A stretch of 64,000 bases of DNA, taken from positions 25,927 to 89,926 of the forward strand of contig MGUK01000007.1 of NCBI GenBank assembly GCA_001799995.1, given 5' to 3'. The DNA comes from Elusimicrobia bacterium GWF2_62_30. Lineage in GTDB: Bacteria > Elusimicrobiota > Elusimicrobia > Elusimicrobiales > UBA9959. Under the pieces are notes generated by a model, which did no database searches, was not told where the DNA came from, and worked only from the letters and a program-made list of their open reading frames with translations. Below are positions 19,235 through 27,117 of this stretch, piece by piece. Numbering within the stretch: the first letter of the stretch is position 1; the number at the start of each line of letters is the position of its first letter. Position numbers and translations under genes: made by a program.

Positions 19235-19274
19235 GTGGTGGAAAGTGGTGGATAGTGTTAGATAGTGGTCAGGA
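19235..19274 (+). promoter_or_regulatory. Candidate MraZ operator: four direct repeats with 10-bp period
   Basis: GTGGTGGAAA GTGGTGGATA GTGTTAGATA GTGGTCAGGA, lying between the -10 box and mraZ. Confidence 0.6.
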
Positions 19275-19298
19275 ATGTTGCAAAGCAGTCGAATAGTT

Positions 19299-19748
19299 AT
19301 GAGCACACTTTACGGAGAATATTCATACGTGATGGACGCGAAGAACCGCGTCTTCATCCCGTCCCGTTTCCGTGACGAGCTCCACAAGGAAGACAAGAAC
19401 TATTTCATGGTGAGCATAGGCCTCGACCGCTGCCTGTATCTTTTCCTGCCTTCGAAGTGGGAAGAACTTATCGCCAACAACATGGAAATTTTCAAGTCGG
19501 AGAACAAGGAAGAAGAGCGGGCTTTCAAGCGCTTCTTCTTCGGCAACGCGGCGGACGCCCAGCTTGACGAGCAGGGCCGCATACTGGTGCCGCAGAACCA
19601 GAAAGCGTACGCATCGCTGAAAAAAGAGATCATAATACGCGGCGTCGGTAATAAGGCTGAAATATGGGATGCGCAGTCCTGGTCAAAATACAAAAAAGAA
19701 GTAATGGACCCTTCGTTCGAAAAGTTCAGCAAGATCATAGACCTATGA
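19299..19748 (+). CDS. mraZ: Transcriptional regulator MraZ
   Basis: MSTLYGEYSYVMDAKNRVFIPSRFR plus a second DEQGRILVPQN half (duplicated SpoVT/AbrB-like MraZ motifs). An alternative ATG lies at 19275. Confidence 0.85.
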   Translation: MSTLYGEYSYVMDAKNRVFIPSRFRDELHKEDKNYFMVSIGLDRCLYLFLPSKWEELIANNMEIFKSENKEEERAFKRFFFGNAADAQLDEQGRILVPQNQKAYASLKKEIIIRGVGNKAEIWDAQSWSKYKKEVMDPSFEKFSKIIDL

Positions 19749-20680
19749 CGGAGAACGCGGGAACAGGACCTTCTGACGGCGCGGAGAAAAATCCCGCGCA
19801 GGAATTCACCCACATCGCCGTGCTGGCCCAGGAGGTGGTGAACCTGCTGGTGACCGGCCGCAAGGGCACTTTCGTGGACGCCACGCTGGGGATGGGGGGG
19901 CATACCGCCCGCCTGCTGGCCGCGCTGCCTGCGGACGTCAGCGTGCTGGGCATAGACTGGGACCCCGAGATGGCGGCCATAGCGGCGCGCAACCTGGCGC
20001 AGTTCGGCCCCCGCGTTAAGATAGCGCAGGGGAATTTCGCCAACATCGACGAGATAACCGCCCGCGAAGGCATCAGCTCGCTTTCGGGCGCGCTGTTCGA
20101 CCTCGGCATCTCTTCGCTCCATTTCGACAAGGCTTCGCGCGGCTTCAGCATCAAGCACGACGGACCGCTGGACATGCGCATCAACCCCGACAACCCGCTG
20201 ACCGCGTACACGATCATCAACCAGTGGCCTTACGAACAGATCGAGCACCTGATCCGCATCTGCGGCGAGCGCCATTCCCGCCGCATCACCAAGGCCATAC
20301 TGGACACCCGCAGGGCGCGCGCCCTCGAGACCACGGCCGAGCTGGGCGCCCTGATAGCCAGGGTGGTCCCGGCGCACGGCGAGAAGATCCACCCCGCCAC
20401 CAAGACCTTCCTGGCGCTCAGGGTGGCGGTCAACTACGAATTCGACAACATCACCCGCGGCATTCAGAAGATAATGCCGCTGCTCAAACCGGGAGCAAGG
20501 CTCGGCATCATAACCTTCCACTCGCTGGAAGACCGGATAGTGAAAGAAACGTTCAAGATGATGGCGAGCCTGGGCGGCTGGCAGCCGGTGACACGGAAAC
20601 CCGTGAAGCCCTCGGAAGCGGAACTCCAGGAGAACAAAAGAGCCCGAAGCGCGAAGCTGCGCGTTATAGAGAAGCTGTAA
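19745..20680 (+). CDS. rsmH: 16S rRNA (cytosine1402-N4)-methyltransferase RsmH (MraW)
   Basis: HIAVLAQEVVNLL...FVDATLGMGGH...GALFDLGISSLHFD...ITFHSLEDRIVKETF. ATGA overlap with the mraZ stop. Confidence 0.9.
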   Translation: MTENAGTGPSDGAEKNPAQEFTHIAVLAQEVVNLLVTGRKGTFVDATLGMGGHTARLLAALPADVSVLGIDWDPEMAAIAARNLAQFGPRVKIAQGNFANIDEITAREGISSLSGALFDLGISSLHFDKASRGFSIKHDGPLDMRINPDNPLTAYTIINQWPYEQIEHLIRICGERHSRRITKAILDTRRARALETTAELGALIARVVPAHGEKIHPATKTFLALRVAVNYEFDNITRGIQKIMPLLKPGARLGIITFHSLEDRIVKETFKMMASLGGWQPVTRKPVKPSEAELQENKRARSAKLRVIEKL

Positions 20681-20701
20681 CCGACGGTAAAGGGAGGCAT
20701 T

Positions 20702-20872
20702 ATGTATCCAGAGAACATCCTTAAAGCCGGGGCGAAGTTCAACAAGCTGCTGCATTCCAGGACGACGCGGGCGAAATTCAACGGGCTCAAGGCCTCCCTG
20801 TCCCCGACCAAGATCTTCTACCTGTGGGAGAAACACGGGGTCAGGCGCATAGAGCTTTTCAGCATGGAATAA
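20702..20872 (+). CDS. Small basic hypothetical protein (56 aa)
   Basis: Below the track cutoff. Strong RBS aaGGGAGGcattATG. Translates MYPENILKAGAKFNKLLHSRTTRAKFNGLKASLSPTKIFYLWEKHGVRRIELFSME. Lies between rsmH and ftsL. Confidence 0.45.
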   Translation: MYPENILKAGAKFNKLLHSRTTRAKFNGLKASLSPTKIFYLWEKHGVRRIELFSME

Positions 20873-20895
20873 ACTTCTTAAGGCGGACTACTTTG

Positions 20896-21216
20896 ATGCT
20901 CAAGAAAACACGCAACATGAACCTGGCGGCCCTGGGGCTGCTCTGCGCGGTATGCTTCCTCTTCGCATGGGAGAACGTGCAGGCCGTCAAGCTCGGCTAC
21001 AACATAGAAAAAGTCAGGTGCGAGATCAAGGACCTGGAGAGCTCCAATACCTACCTGAAGAAGGAGATCCAGACCTCTCTCTCGCCCGAGAAACTGGAAG
21101 CCAAGGCCCTGAAGCTCGGCATGGTCTACCCCGAACCCGGCGCCGTCGTGATGCTAGACGGCAGCGCGTCGCCCGAGCAGCAGGCCCGGGGCTGGCTGGC
21201 TAAACTTCCCTGGTAA
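20896..21216 (+). CDS. ftsL: Cell division protein FtsL-like
   Basis: Short bitopic protein: TM helix LAALGLLCAVCFLFAW followed by a coiled-coil region (IKDLESSNTYLKKEIQ). Conserved dcw position. Track ORF trimmed from 20824. Confidence 0.7.
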   Translation: MLKKTRNMNLAALGLLCAVCFLFAWENVQAVKLGYNIEKVRCEIKDLESSNTYLKKEIQTSLSPEKLEAKALKLGMVYPEPGAVVMLDGSASPEQQARGWLAKLPW

Positions 21217-21258
21217 AGCCGGAAGGCGGCAGCGGGCCTATGGGCCCGCGCTTCGCCG

Positions 21259-22953
21259 ATGACAGCAAAAACACTCAAGACAAGACTTAAAGCCGGCGCT
21301 TTCCTGGCCGGCATCCCCGCATTGTTCATAACCGCGCGGCTGTTCTGGCTGCAGACGGTGCGCCACGAGAACCTCTCGGGAATGGCTTCCCGCTCCATGA
21401 ACCGCACAGTTTCCGAAACGGGGCCGCGCGGCCGCATCTTCGGCGCGGACGGGCAGCTGCTGGCGGAATCCATCGTCACCTGGGACTTATCCCTGTTCAA
21501 AAAGGACCTGGCGGACCCGCCCGCGGCCGTGGCCGCGCTGGCCCGCACGCTGACGCTGCCCCCGGACTTCCGCGCGAAGTTCCGCCGGGCTAAGAATTTC
21601 GTCCCTGTAAAAAAAGGCCTGGACAGGACGGCTTTCGAAGCGGTCAGCGCGCTTAAGCTCAAAGGCCTGGTCCTGGAGCCGCGCCAGAGCCGCTATTACC
21701 CGTCGGGCGACCTGGCCAGGAACGTTATAGGCGTGACCAGCGAGGACAAGGGCCTGACAGGCATCGAGCTGCTTTACGACAAGGTTCTGACCGGCCACAT
21801 AAGCCGGCGCGGCGTCATACGCGACGCCGCGGGCCGGGTCATCTTCCAGGACAAGCTGGACAAGGAATCCCGTCCCAGGGACCTGCACCTGACGATAGAC
21901 AAGGATATCCAGTTCTTCTCGCAGGAAGCGATAAAGAGGGCGGTCGAGAAGAACCGCGCGGACCTCGGCATGGCGCTGGTACAGGACCCCGCAAGCGGAA
22001 GAATACTGGCTATGGCCACCTGGCCGGCGGACTACCAGAAGATAGAGCCGGTGGAATGGGTTTACGAGCCGGGCTCTACGTTCAAGTCGATGACGCTGGC
22101 CGCCGCGCTGGAAAAAGGGATCGTCGAGGAGAAAGACACTTTTTTCTGCGAAAAGGGCGCTTGGGCCTTCAACAGCAAGGTAATCCTGCATGATCACGAA
22201 CCGGAAGGGACCCTGAACCTCTCCGAGGTGATAGAGCGTTCTTCCAACATCGGGACGGCCAAGATCGGCCTCAAGCTGGGCGTGAAAGATTTTTACCTCT
22301 ACACCAAGGCCTTCGGGTTCGGCTCCAAATCCGGCCTGGGTTTCCACGGCGAGTCGGCCGGCATCCTGCGCCCCCTGGAAAGGTTCAAGCCCATCGACCT
22401 GGCTGTCGGCTCCTACGGGCACGGCATAGCCGCCACCCCGCTGCAGGTGCTGAACGCTTATTCGGCCCTCGCCAACGGGGGGCGCCTGTTCGAACCGCGC
22501 CTGGTGGACAGGATCAGCGAGTTCGAAGGCGAAGAGGTGTTCAAAAACGAGCCTGCCGTCATACGGCAGGTAGTTTCCGCCTCGGTGGCGGAGCGGGTCA
22601 AGGTCATCCTGCGCAGCGTGGTGGAAAAGGGCACCGGCAAGAACGCGGATGTGGCGGGCTATTCCATCTCCGGCAAGACCGGCACCTCCAAGAAGATAGA
22701 CCCGAAGACCGGGAAATACCTGACCGGCAGGAACGTGGCCTCTTTCGCCGGCTTCTTCCCGCTCGCCAAGCCGCAGTACGTGATACTGGTGGTGCTGGAC
22801 AACCCGAAGGGGCTGACCTACGGCGGCGAAACGGCCGCGCCGGCCTTCCAGGAGATAGCCAAGAAGATCATTACCCGCAAAGGCCTGGCCCCCGACCTCA
22901 AGGTCACGGACGCCCAGCGCGCCCGCTTCCAGGACCGCCCCGTCTCCGATTAA
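21259..22953 (+). CDS. ftsI: Penicillin-binding protein, FtsI/PBP3-type transpeptidase
   Basis: PBP dimerisation domain plus transpeptidase motifs STFK (PGSTFKS), SSN (RSSNIG) and KTG (SGKTGTS). Confidence 0.9.
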   Translation: MTAKTLKTRLKAGAFLAGIPALFITARLFWLQTVRHENLSGMASRSMNRTVSETGPRGRIFGADGQLLAESIVTWDLSLFKKDLADPPAAVAALARTLTLPPDFRAKFRRAKNFVPVKKGLDRTAFEAVSALKLKGLVLEPRQSRYYPSGDLARNVIGVTSEDKGLTGIELLYDKVLTGHISRRGVIRDAAGRVIFQDKLDKESRPRDLHLTIDKDIQFFSQEAIKRAVEKNRADLGMALVQDPASGRILAMATWPADYQKIEPVEWVYEPGSTFKSMTLAAALEKGIVEEKDTFFCEKGAWAFNSKVILHDHEPEGTLNLSEVIERSSNIGTAKIGLKLGVKDFYLYTKAFGFGSKSGLGFHGESAGILRPLERFKPIDLAVGSYGHGIAATPLQVLNAYSALANGGRLFEPRLVDRISEFEGEEVFKNEPAVIRQVVSASVAERVKVILRSVVEKGTGKNADVAGYSISGKTGTSKKIDPKTGKYLTGRNVASFAGFFPLAKPQYVILVVLDNPKGLTYGGETAAPAFQEIAKKIITRKGLAPDLKVTDAQRARFQDRPVSD

Positions 22954-23004
22954 CGCCGCCACCGGCGCCTGACGGCGTACCCGCGAATTTACTATTATAA
23001 AGCG

Positions 23005-23844
23005 ATGAAGCCGGTAAAGATATTGCTGCTGCTGCTCGGTCTCGGCGCTTTTGCCTGGGCCGGGATGGAAGGCTACAAGTACGTGGCCCGCGAGCTCTCC
23101 CGTATCGCCGACGCGAAGGCCAAAAGGCGCGTGGTGGTGATGGGCTTTTCCTCCGAGACCGGCGCCAAAAGCAAGGCCAGCGCCATAGTGACCGAGCGCC
23201 TCACTTCGGAAATAGCCTCCAATCCCCGCATGGAAGTAATAGAGCGCAGCCGCCTCGACGAGGTGCTCAAAGAGCAGAAGCTGGGCGCGAGAGGCGTGGT
23301 GGACGACGCCACCGCCAAAAAGATAGGCAATATCCTGGGCGCGGACGCCGTGGTGACCGGCAGCGTGATAGACCTCGACGGCAAGAACGTGGAAGTTAAC
23401 GCGCGCCTGGTGGACACCCAGAACGCGCATATCCTCAAAGCCGTCACGAAAACGATCAAAAAGGACTGGGAAGAGAAAAAAGCGGACTGGGACCTGAACT
23501 TCGACATGAACATAGACCTGGACGCGCCGATGGCCCTCCTGCCGGACGGCTTCCTGGAAGACGAGACCTGCCGCAAGCTTACCGACCGGGAAAAAGACCT
23601 GGTGCGGTCCTGCGTCGAACTGCGGGCGCGTAAAACGGCCTGGGACCTGAAATCCGGCGTGCTTAAACTGGACCAGCTCACGAAAAATCCCGGGTCGGAG
23701 ATAAAAGACACGGACCTGAAACACTTTTTCTATTCGAAGATCAAGGAATGGTATTATTCCAAGCAGCTGGCGCCGCTCAGCGCCGGGGAAACCGGCCTGC
23801 TCGAAGCGAACGCGCAGCTCATCGAGAAGTACCCCTGCCGCTGA
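23005..23844 (+). CDS. Membrane-anchored protein with LpoB/FlgO/CsgG-like N-terminal domain and unknown Cys-containing C-terminal domain
   Basis: N-terminal TM helix. Pattern VVVMGFSSETG...LTSEIASNPRMEVIERSRLDEVLKEQKLG...AKKIGNILGADAVVTGSVIDLDGKNVEVNARLVDTQNAHIL is typical of that superfamily. Confidence 0.5.
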   Translation: MKPVKILLLLLGLGAFAWAGMEGYKYVARELSRIADAKAKRRVVVMGFSSETGAKSKASAIVTERLTSEIASNPRMEVIERSRLDEVLKEQKLGARGVVDDATAKKIGNILGADAVVTGSVIDLDGKNVEVNARLVDTQNAHILKAVTKTIKKDWEEKKADWDLNFDMNIDLDAPMALLPDGFLEDETCRKLTDREKDLVRSCVELRARKTAWDLKSGVLKLDQLTKNPGSEIKDTDLKHFFYSKIKEWYYSKQLAPLSAGETGLLEANAQLIEKYPCR

Positions 23845-23875
23845 TCTCCCCGGGCGCCGCAAAAACTTTACTATC

Positions 23876-25375
23876 ATGAAGCTTTCACTCATACTGGAAA
23901 ACACCGCAGCGCAGTTCGCCGGCCCTGACGCGGAGATCTCCGCCGTTGTGAACGATTCCCGGCTGGCGGCCCCCGGCGCCGTCTTCTTCGCGCTGCCCGG
24001 GGCCAGGACGGACGGCGCCAGGTTCATAGCCCAGGCGCTGGAGAAGGGCGCCTCGGCGGTGGTCTCCGCGCAAGAGTTCCCAAGGGAGCTCAAAGACGGC
24101 TACCCCGGCGCGGCCTTTGTAAAAACCGCGGACTTGGCAGTTACGCTTTCGCGCGCGGCGGCAAATTTTTACGGCCACCCGTCTAAGAAACTAAGGATCT
24201 TCGGTATAACGGGGACCAAGGGGAAGACCACCACGGCCTACCTGCTGGAGAACATACTGCGCCTCGGCGGCGCCCGCCCCGGGGTCATAGGTACTATAGA
24301 TTACCGTGTGGACGGGCGGGTAATTTCCGCGGCGGCAAACACTACGCCGCTGGCCCACGATCTGCAGGAGCTGCTTTCGAAGATGAGCGCCGCCGACGCG
24401 CTGACCGCGGTCATGGAAGTTTCCTCCCACGCGCTGGCGCTGGGCCGCGTGGAAGATGTGGATTTCGACGTGGCCGCCTTCACCAACCTGCAGCGCGACC
24501 ACCTGGATTTTCACAAGGACAGGGAAAGCTATTTCCAGGCGAAGGCGCGCATTTTCGAACTCCTCGAACGGTCCGCGAAGAAGGACAAGTGCGCCGTGAT
24601 AAACGCCGACGATGAGCGCGCCCCGGCGCTGCTCAAGAGCCTGAAAGGGAAAATGAAGGTGCTCACGTTCGGCATAGACAGGCACGCCGATTTCAGGGCT
24701 GAAAAGATAGAAGTACTGGAAGATATGACCCGCTTTGTCCTGAAGACGGACCAGGAGTCGCTGCCGGTGAAACTGCACCTGCTGGGCTGCCACAACATTT
24801 ACAACGCCCTGGCGGCGATCGCCTGCGCCTCGGCGGGCGGCGTGACCATGCATTCCGCCGTCGAGGGAGTAGAAGCGCTGAAAAACGTGCCCGGCCGCCT
24901 TGAGCGGGTGGACCTGGGGCAGGAGTACAGGGTTTTCGTGGATTACGCCCACACCGACGCCGCGCTGGAGAACGTGCTTTCCAACCTCAAGCTCATGCCC
25001 CACAGCCGCATCATCACGCTGTTCGGCTGCGGCGGGGACAGGGACCGCACCAAGCGCGGTCCTATGGGGAAGATAGCCTGTTCCATGAGCGACGTCACTA
25101 TTATCACCAGCGACAACCCGCGCACGGAAGATCCGGCGCAGATCTTCTCCGACATCGAGCAGGCAATAAAAGGCGAGTTCAGCAGCTACGAGCTCATCCC
25201 CGACCGCAAAGAAGCTATAACGAAAGCCGTCGGGCTGGCCCGGAAGGGCGACATAGTGCTGATCGCCGGCAAAGGACATGAGACCTACCAGATCTTAAAG
25301 GACAGCACCATTCACTTCAGCGACGTGGAAACCGCGACGGAAGCGATAAAGAACAGGGGCGGGGACGCGAAATAA
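23876..25375 (+). CDS. murE: UDP-N-acetylmuramoyl-L-alanyl-D-glutamate--2,6-diaminopimelate ligase
   Basis: GITGTKGKTTT P-loop, a Mur ligase middle domain, and a DNPR motif (TSDNPRTEDP) consistent with meso-DAP-type MurE. Confidence 0.9.
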   Translation: MKLSLILENTAAQFAGPDAEISAVVNDSRLAAPGAVFFALPGARTDGARFIAQALEKGASAVVSAQEFPRELKDGYPGAAFVKTADLAVTLSRAAANFYGHPSKKLRIFGITGTKGKTTTAYLLENILRLGGARPGVIGTIDYRVDGRVISAAANTTPLAHDLQELLSKMSAADALTAVMEVSSHALALGRVEDVDFDVAAFTNLQRDHLDFHKDRESYFQAKARIFELLERSAKKDKCAVINADDERAPALLKSLKGKMKVLTFGIDRHADFRAEKIEVLEDMTRFVLKTDQESLPVKLHLLGCHNIYNALAAIACASAGGVTMHSAVEGVEALKNVPGRLERVDLGQEYRVFVDYAHTDAALENVLSNLKLMPHSRIITLFGCGGDRDRTKRGPMGKIACSMSDVTIITSDNPRTEDPAQIFSDIEQAIKGEFSSYELIPDRKEAITKAVGLARKGDIVLIAGKGHETYQILKDSTIHFSDVETATEAIKNRGGDAK

Positions 25376-25391
25376 GGGCGGGAGACAGACT

Positions 25392-26735
25392 ATGGACCTG
25401 AAGATAGATTTAAAGACTTTAGCGGAGGCGGTCAACGGGAAACTGGTGAAGGGAAACCCGGAGGCGCCGTTCAATACGTTCGGAACCGACACGAGAAAGC
25501 TGAAATGCGGTGATTTTCTCTGGGCGCTCAAAGGCGCTTCCTACGACGCGCACGATTTCCTCGCCCAGAGCCTGCCTTGCGTCAGCGGCTGGCTGATCCG
25601 CGAAAACGCGGCCGGGAGCATAAAAGACCTGCCCGCGGAACTGGTCACGGTCAAAGACACGCTGAAGGCCCTGCAGGACCTGGCGGCCTGGCACCGGCAG
25701 CGCTTCCAGATACCCCTTACCGCGATAACCGGCTCCAACGGCAAGAGCACCACCAAGGAAATGCTGAAGAGCATCTATTCCTTCGCCGGGGAGACCTGCT
25801 CCAACGCCGGGAACCTCAACAACCAGTTCGGCCTGCCGCTGTCCCTGCTCGAGCTGTCGCCGGCGCACAAGTTCGGCGTGTTCGAGCTCGGCGCTTCCCG
25901 GCGCGGCGATATCAGGGAGATCGGCGAAGTGGCGCGCCCCACCTGCGGCGTCATTACCAACATCGGCCCTTCGCACCTGGAATATTTCGGCGACCTGGAA
26001 ACCATCTTCGAGACTAAGACCGAGCTGGCGCGCTGCCTCGCCCCGGGCGGCACGCTGGTCTATAACTGCGACGACAGGTATCTCGGCCGCCTGGGCGGCC
26101 GCGGGCTCAAAGCGCTCACTTTCGGCAGGGCGAACGAGGCTGACCTGCGCATCCTCGAGGGGGAGAAGCTGCGCATCGAATACCGCGGCCATCTCGTCGA
26201 AATGGACCTGCCGCACGCCTGCGCGCACAACTACCACAACGCCGCCGCCGCTGCCGCCGCGGCGCTGGCCTCGGGGCTGGATTTTGCGGCGATAAAGAAA
26301 GGCCTGGAGAACTATACCCCGCCGCCGATGCGCATGCAGGAGCTGCGCATCAAAGGCTCGCTGGTCATCCTCGACGCCTACAACGCCAACCCGCAGTCCA
26401 TGAGCTCGGCGCTGAAAGAGATGTTCGATAAGCCCAAGCCCCTTTACCTGATGCTGGGCGACATGAAGGAACTGGGCACCCATTCCGCGCACTACCACAC
26501 CGACCTGGGCGCGGCGCTGGCGCATATGGGCGCGGCCAAGGTTTTCCTGGCCGGCCCCGAGATGAAGGCCGCCGCCGGCGCCTACTGCCGGGCCGGGGGC
26601 AACAGCATGGAGTTCGGCGAAACCCTGGACGACTGGCTGCCCGAAGCGCGCCGCCTCATCGGCGAAGGCAAAGGCACCTTCCTCATCAAAGCCTCCCGCT
26701 CCATGAAATTCGAGCGCATCATCGAAGGCCTGTAA
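25392..26735 (+). CDS. murF: UDP-N-acetylmuramoyl-tripeptide--D-alanyl-D-alanine ligase
   Basis: ITGSNGKSTTKEM P-loop, NLNNQFGLPLSLL, and AYNANPQSM. Confidence 0.9.
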   Translation: MDLKIDLKTLAEAVNGKLVKGNPEAPFNTFGTDTRKLKCGDFLWALKGASYDAHDFLAQSLPCVSGWLIRENAAGSIKDLPAELVTVKDTLKALQDLAAWHRQRFQIPLTAITGSNGKSTTKEMLKSIYSFAGETCSNAGNLNNQFGLPLSLLELSPAHKFGVFELGASRRGDIREIGEVARPTCGVITNIGPSHLEYFGDLETIFETKTELARCLAPGGTLVYNCDDRYLGRLGGRGLKALTFGRANEADLRILEGEKLRIEYRGHLVEMDLPHACAHNYHNAAAAAAAALASGLDFAAIKKGLENYTPPPMRMQELRIKGSLVILDAYNANPQSMSSALKEMFDKPKPLYLMLGDMKELGTHSAHYHTDLGAALAHMGAAKVFLAGPEMKAAAGAYCRAGGNSMEFGETLDDWLPEARRLIGEGKGTFLIKASRSMKFERIIEGL

Positions 26736-26750
26736 AAGTTCCCGATACCC

Positions 26751-26907
26751 AGTCGGGACGGTCACGGGGTGAGGGTTATCAAAACGCGCTCGGCACACCG
26801 TGCCTCGCTCTTCCTCCGGGCAAGAAAGTGTCGCTTCGCTCCACGCGGCGCTATGCAAGCCTCGGCCTCCGGAAGGGTTTGCTAACCCTCACCCCGTGCC
26901 CATCCCT
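26751..26907 (-). repeat. Nested-palindrome intergenic element, copy B1 (inverted orientation)
   Basis: Arms cacggggtgagggtta / taaccctcaccccgtg. The reverse complement carries gaggcttgcatagcgcc and GGCAC-GGT-GTGCC core hairpins. Confidence 0.8.
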
Positions 26908-26953
26908 CCAGTCCTCTCAATTGCATTTTAGTGAAACTCTCAGGTCTCGCCTA

Positions 26954-27098
26954 GTCCGGAGGGGCGGACGCGGGGACCGGGTTAGCAAAACCTTCCGACG
27001 ACCGAGCCTTGCGTAAGCGGCGAGGGAGGAGGATGAGCGACGGGCACGGTGTGCCCTAGCGCGTTTTGCGTTCCGGTCCCCACGGCCACCCCGACCGG
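26954..27098 (+). repeat. Nested-palindrome intergenic element, copy B2
   Basis: Arms ggggaccgggttagcaaaac / gttttgcgttccggtcccc. Core gagccttgcgtaagcggc and GGGCAC-GGT-GTGCCC. Forms an inverted pair with B1. Confidence 0.8.
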
Positions 27099-27117
27099 CA
27101 TCGTGGGAACCTATCTG

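Noticed and set aside
21487-24093. An 868-aa ORF on the minus strand spanning ftsI, the LpoB-like gene and murE.
   Set aside because: It is antisense to three well-supported genes. Its translation is Arg/Gly/Ala/Pro/His-rich low-complexity sequence with no motifs. Long stop-free antisense frames are expected in GC-rich DNA.
26736-27117. A 380-bp non-coding stretch considered as a housekeeping structured RNA such as RNase P RNA (AGTCCGG-like motif, size).
   Set aside because: It resolves into two inverted copies of the multi-copy repeat. It lacks the conserved RNase P blocks (GAGGAAAGUCC, ACAGAA-type CR regions).
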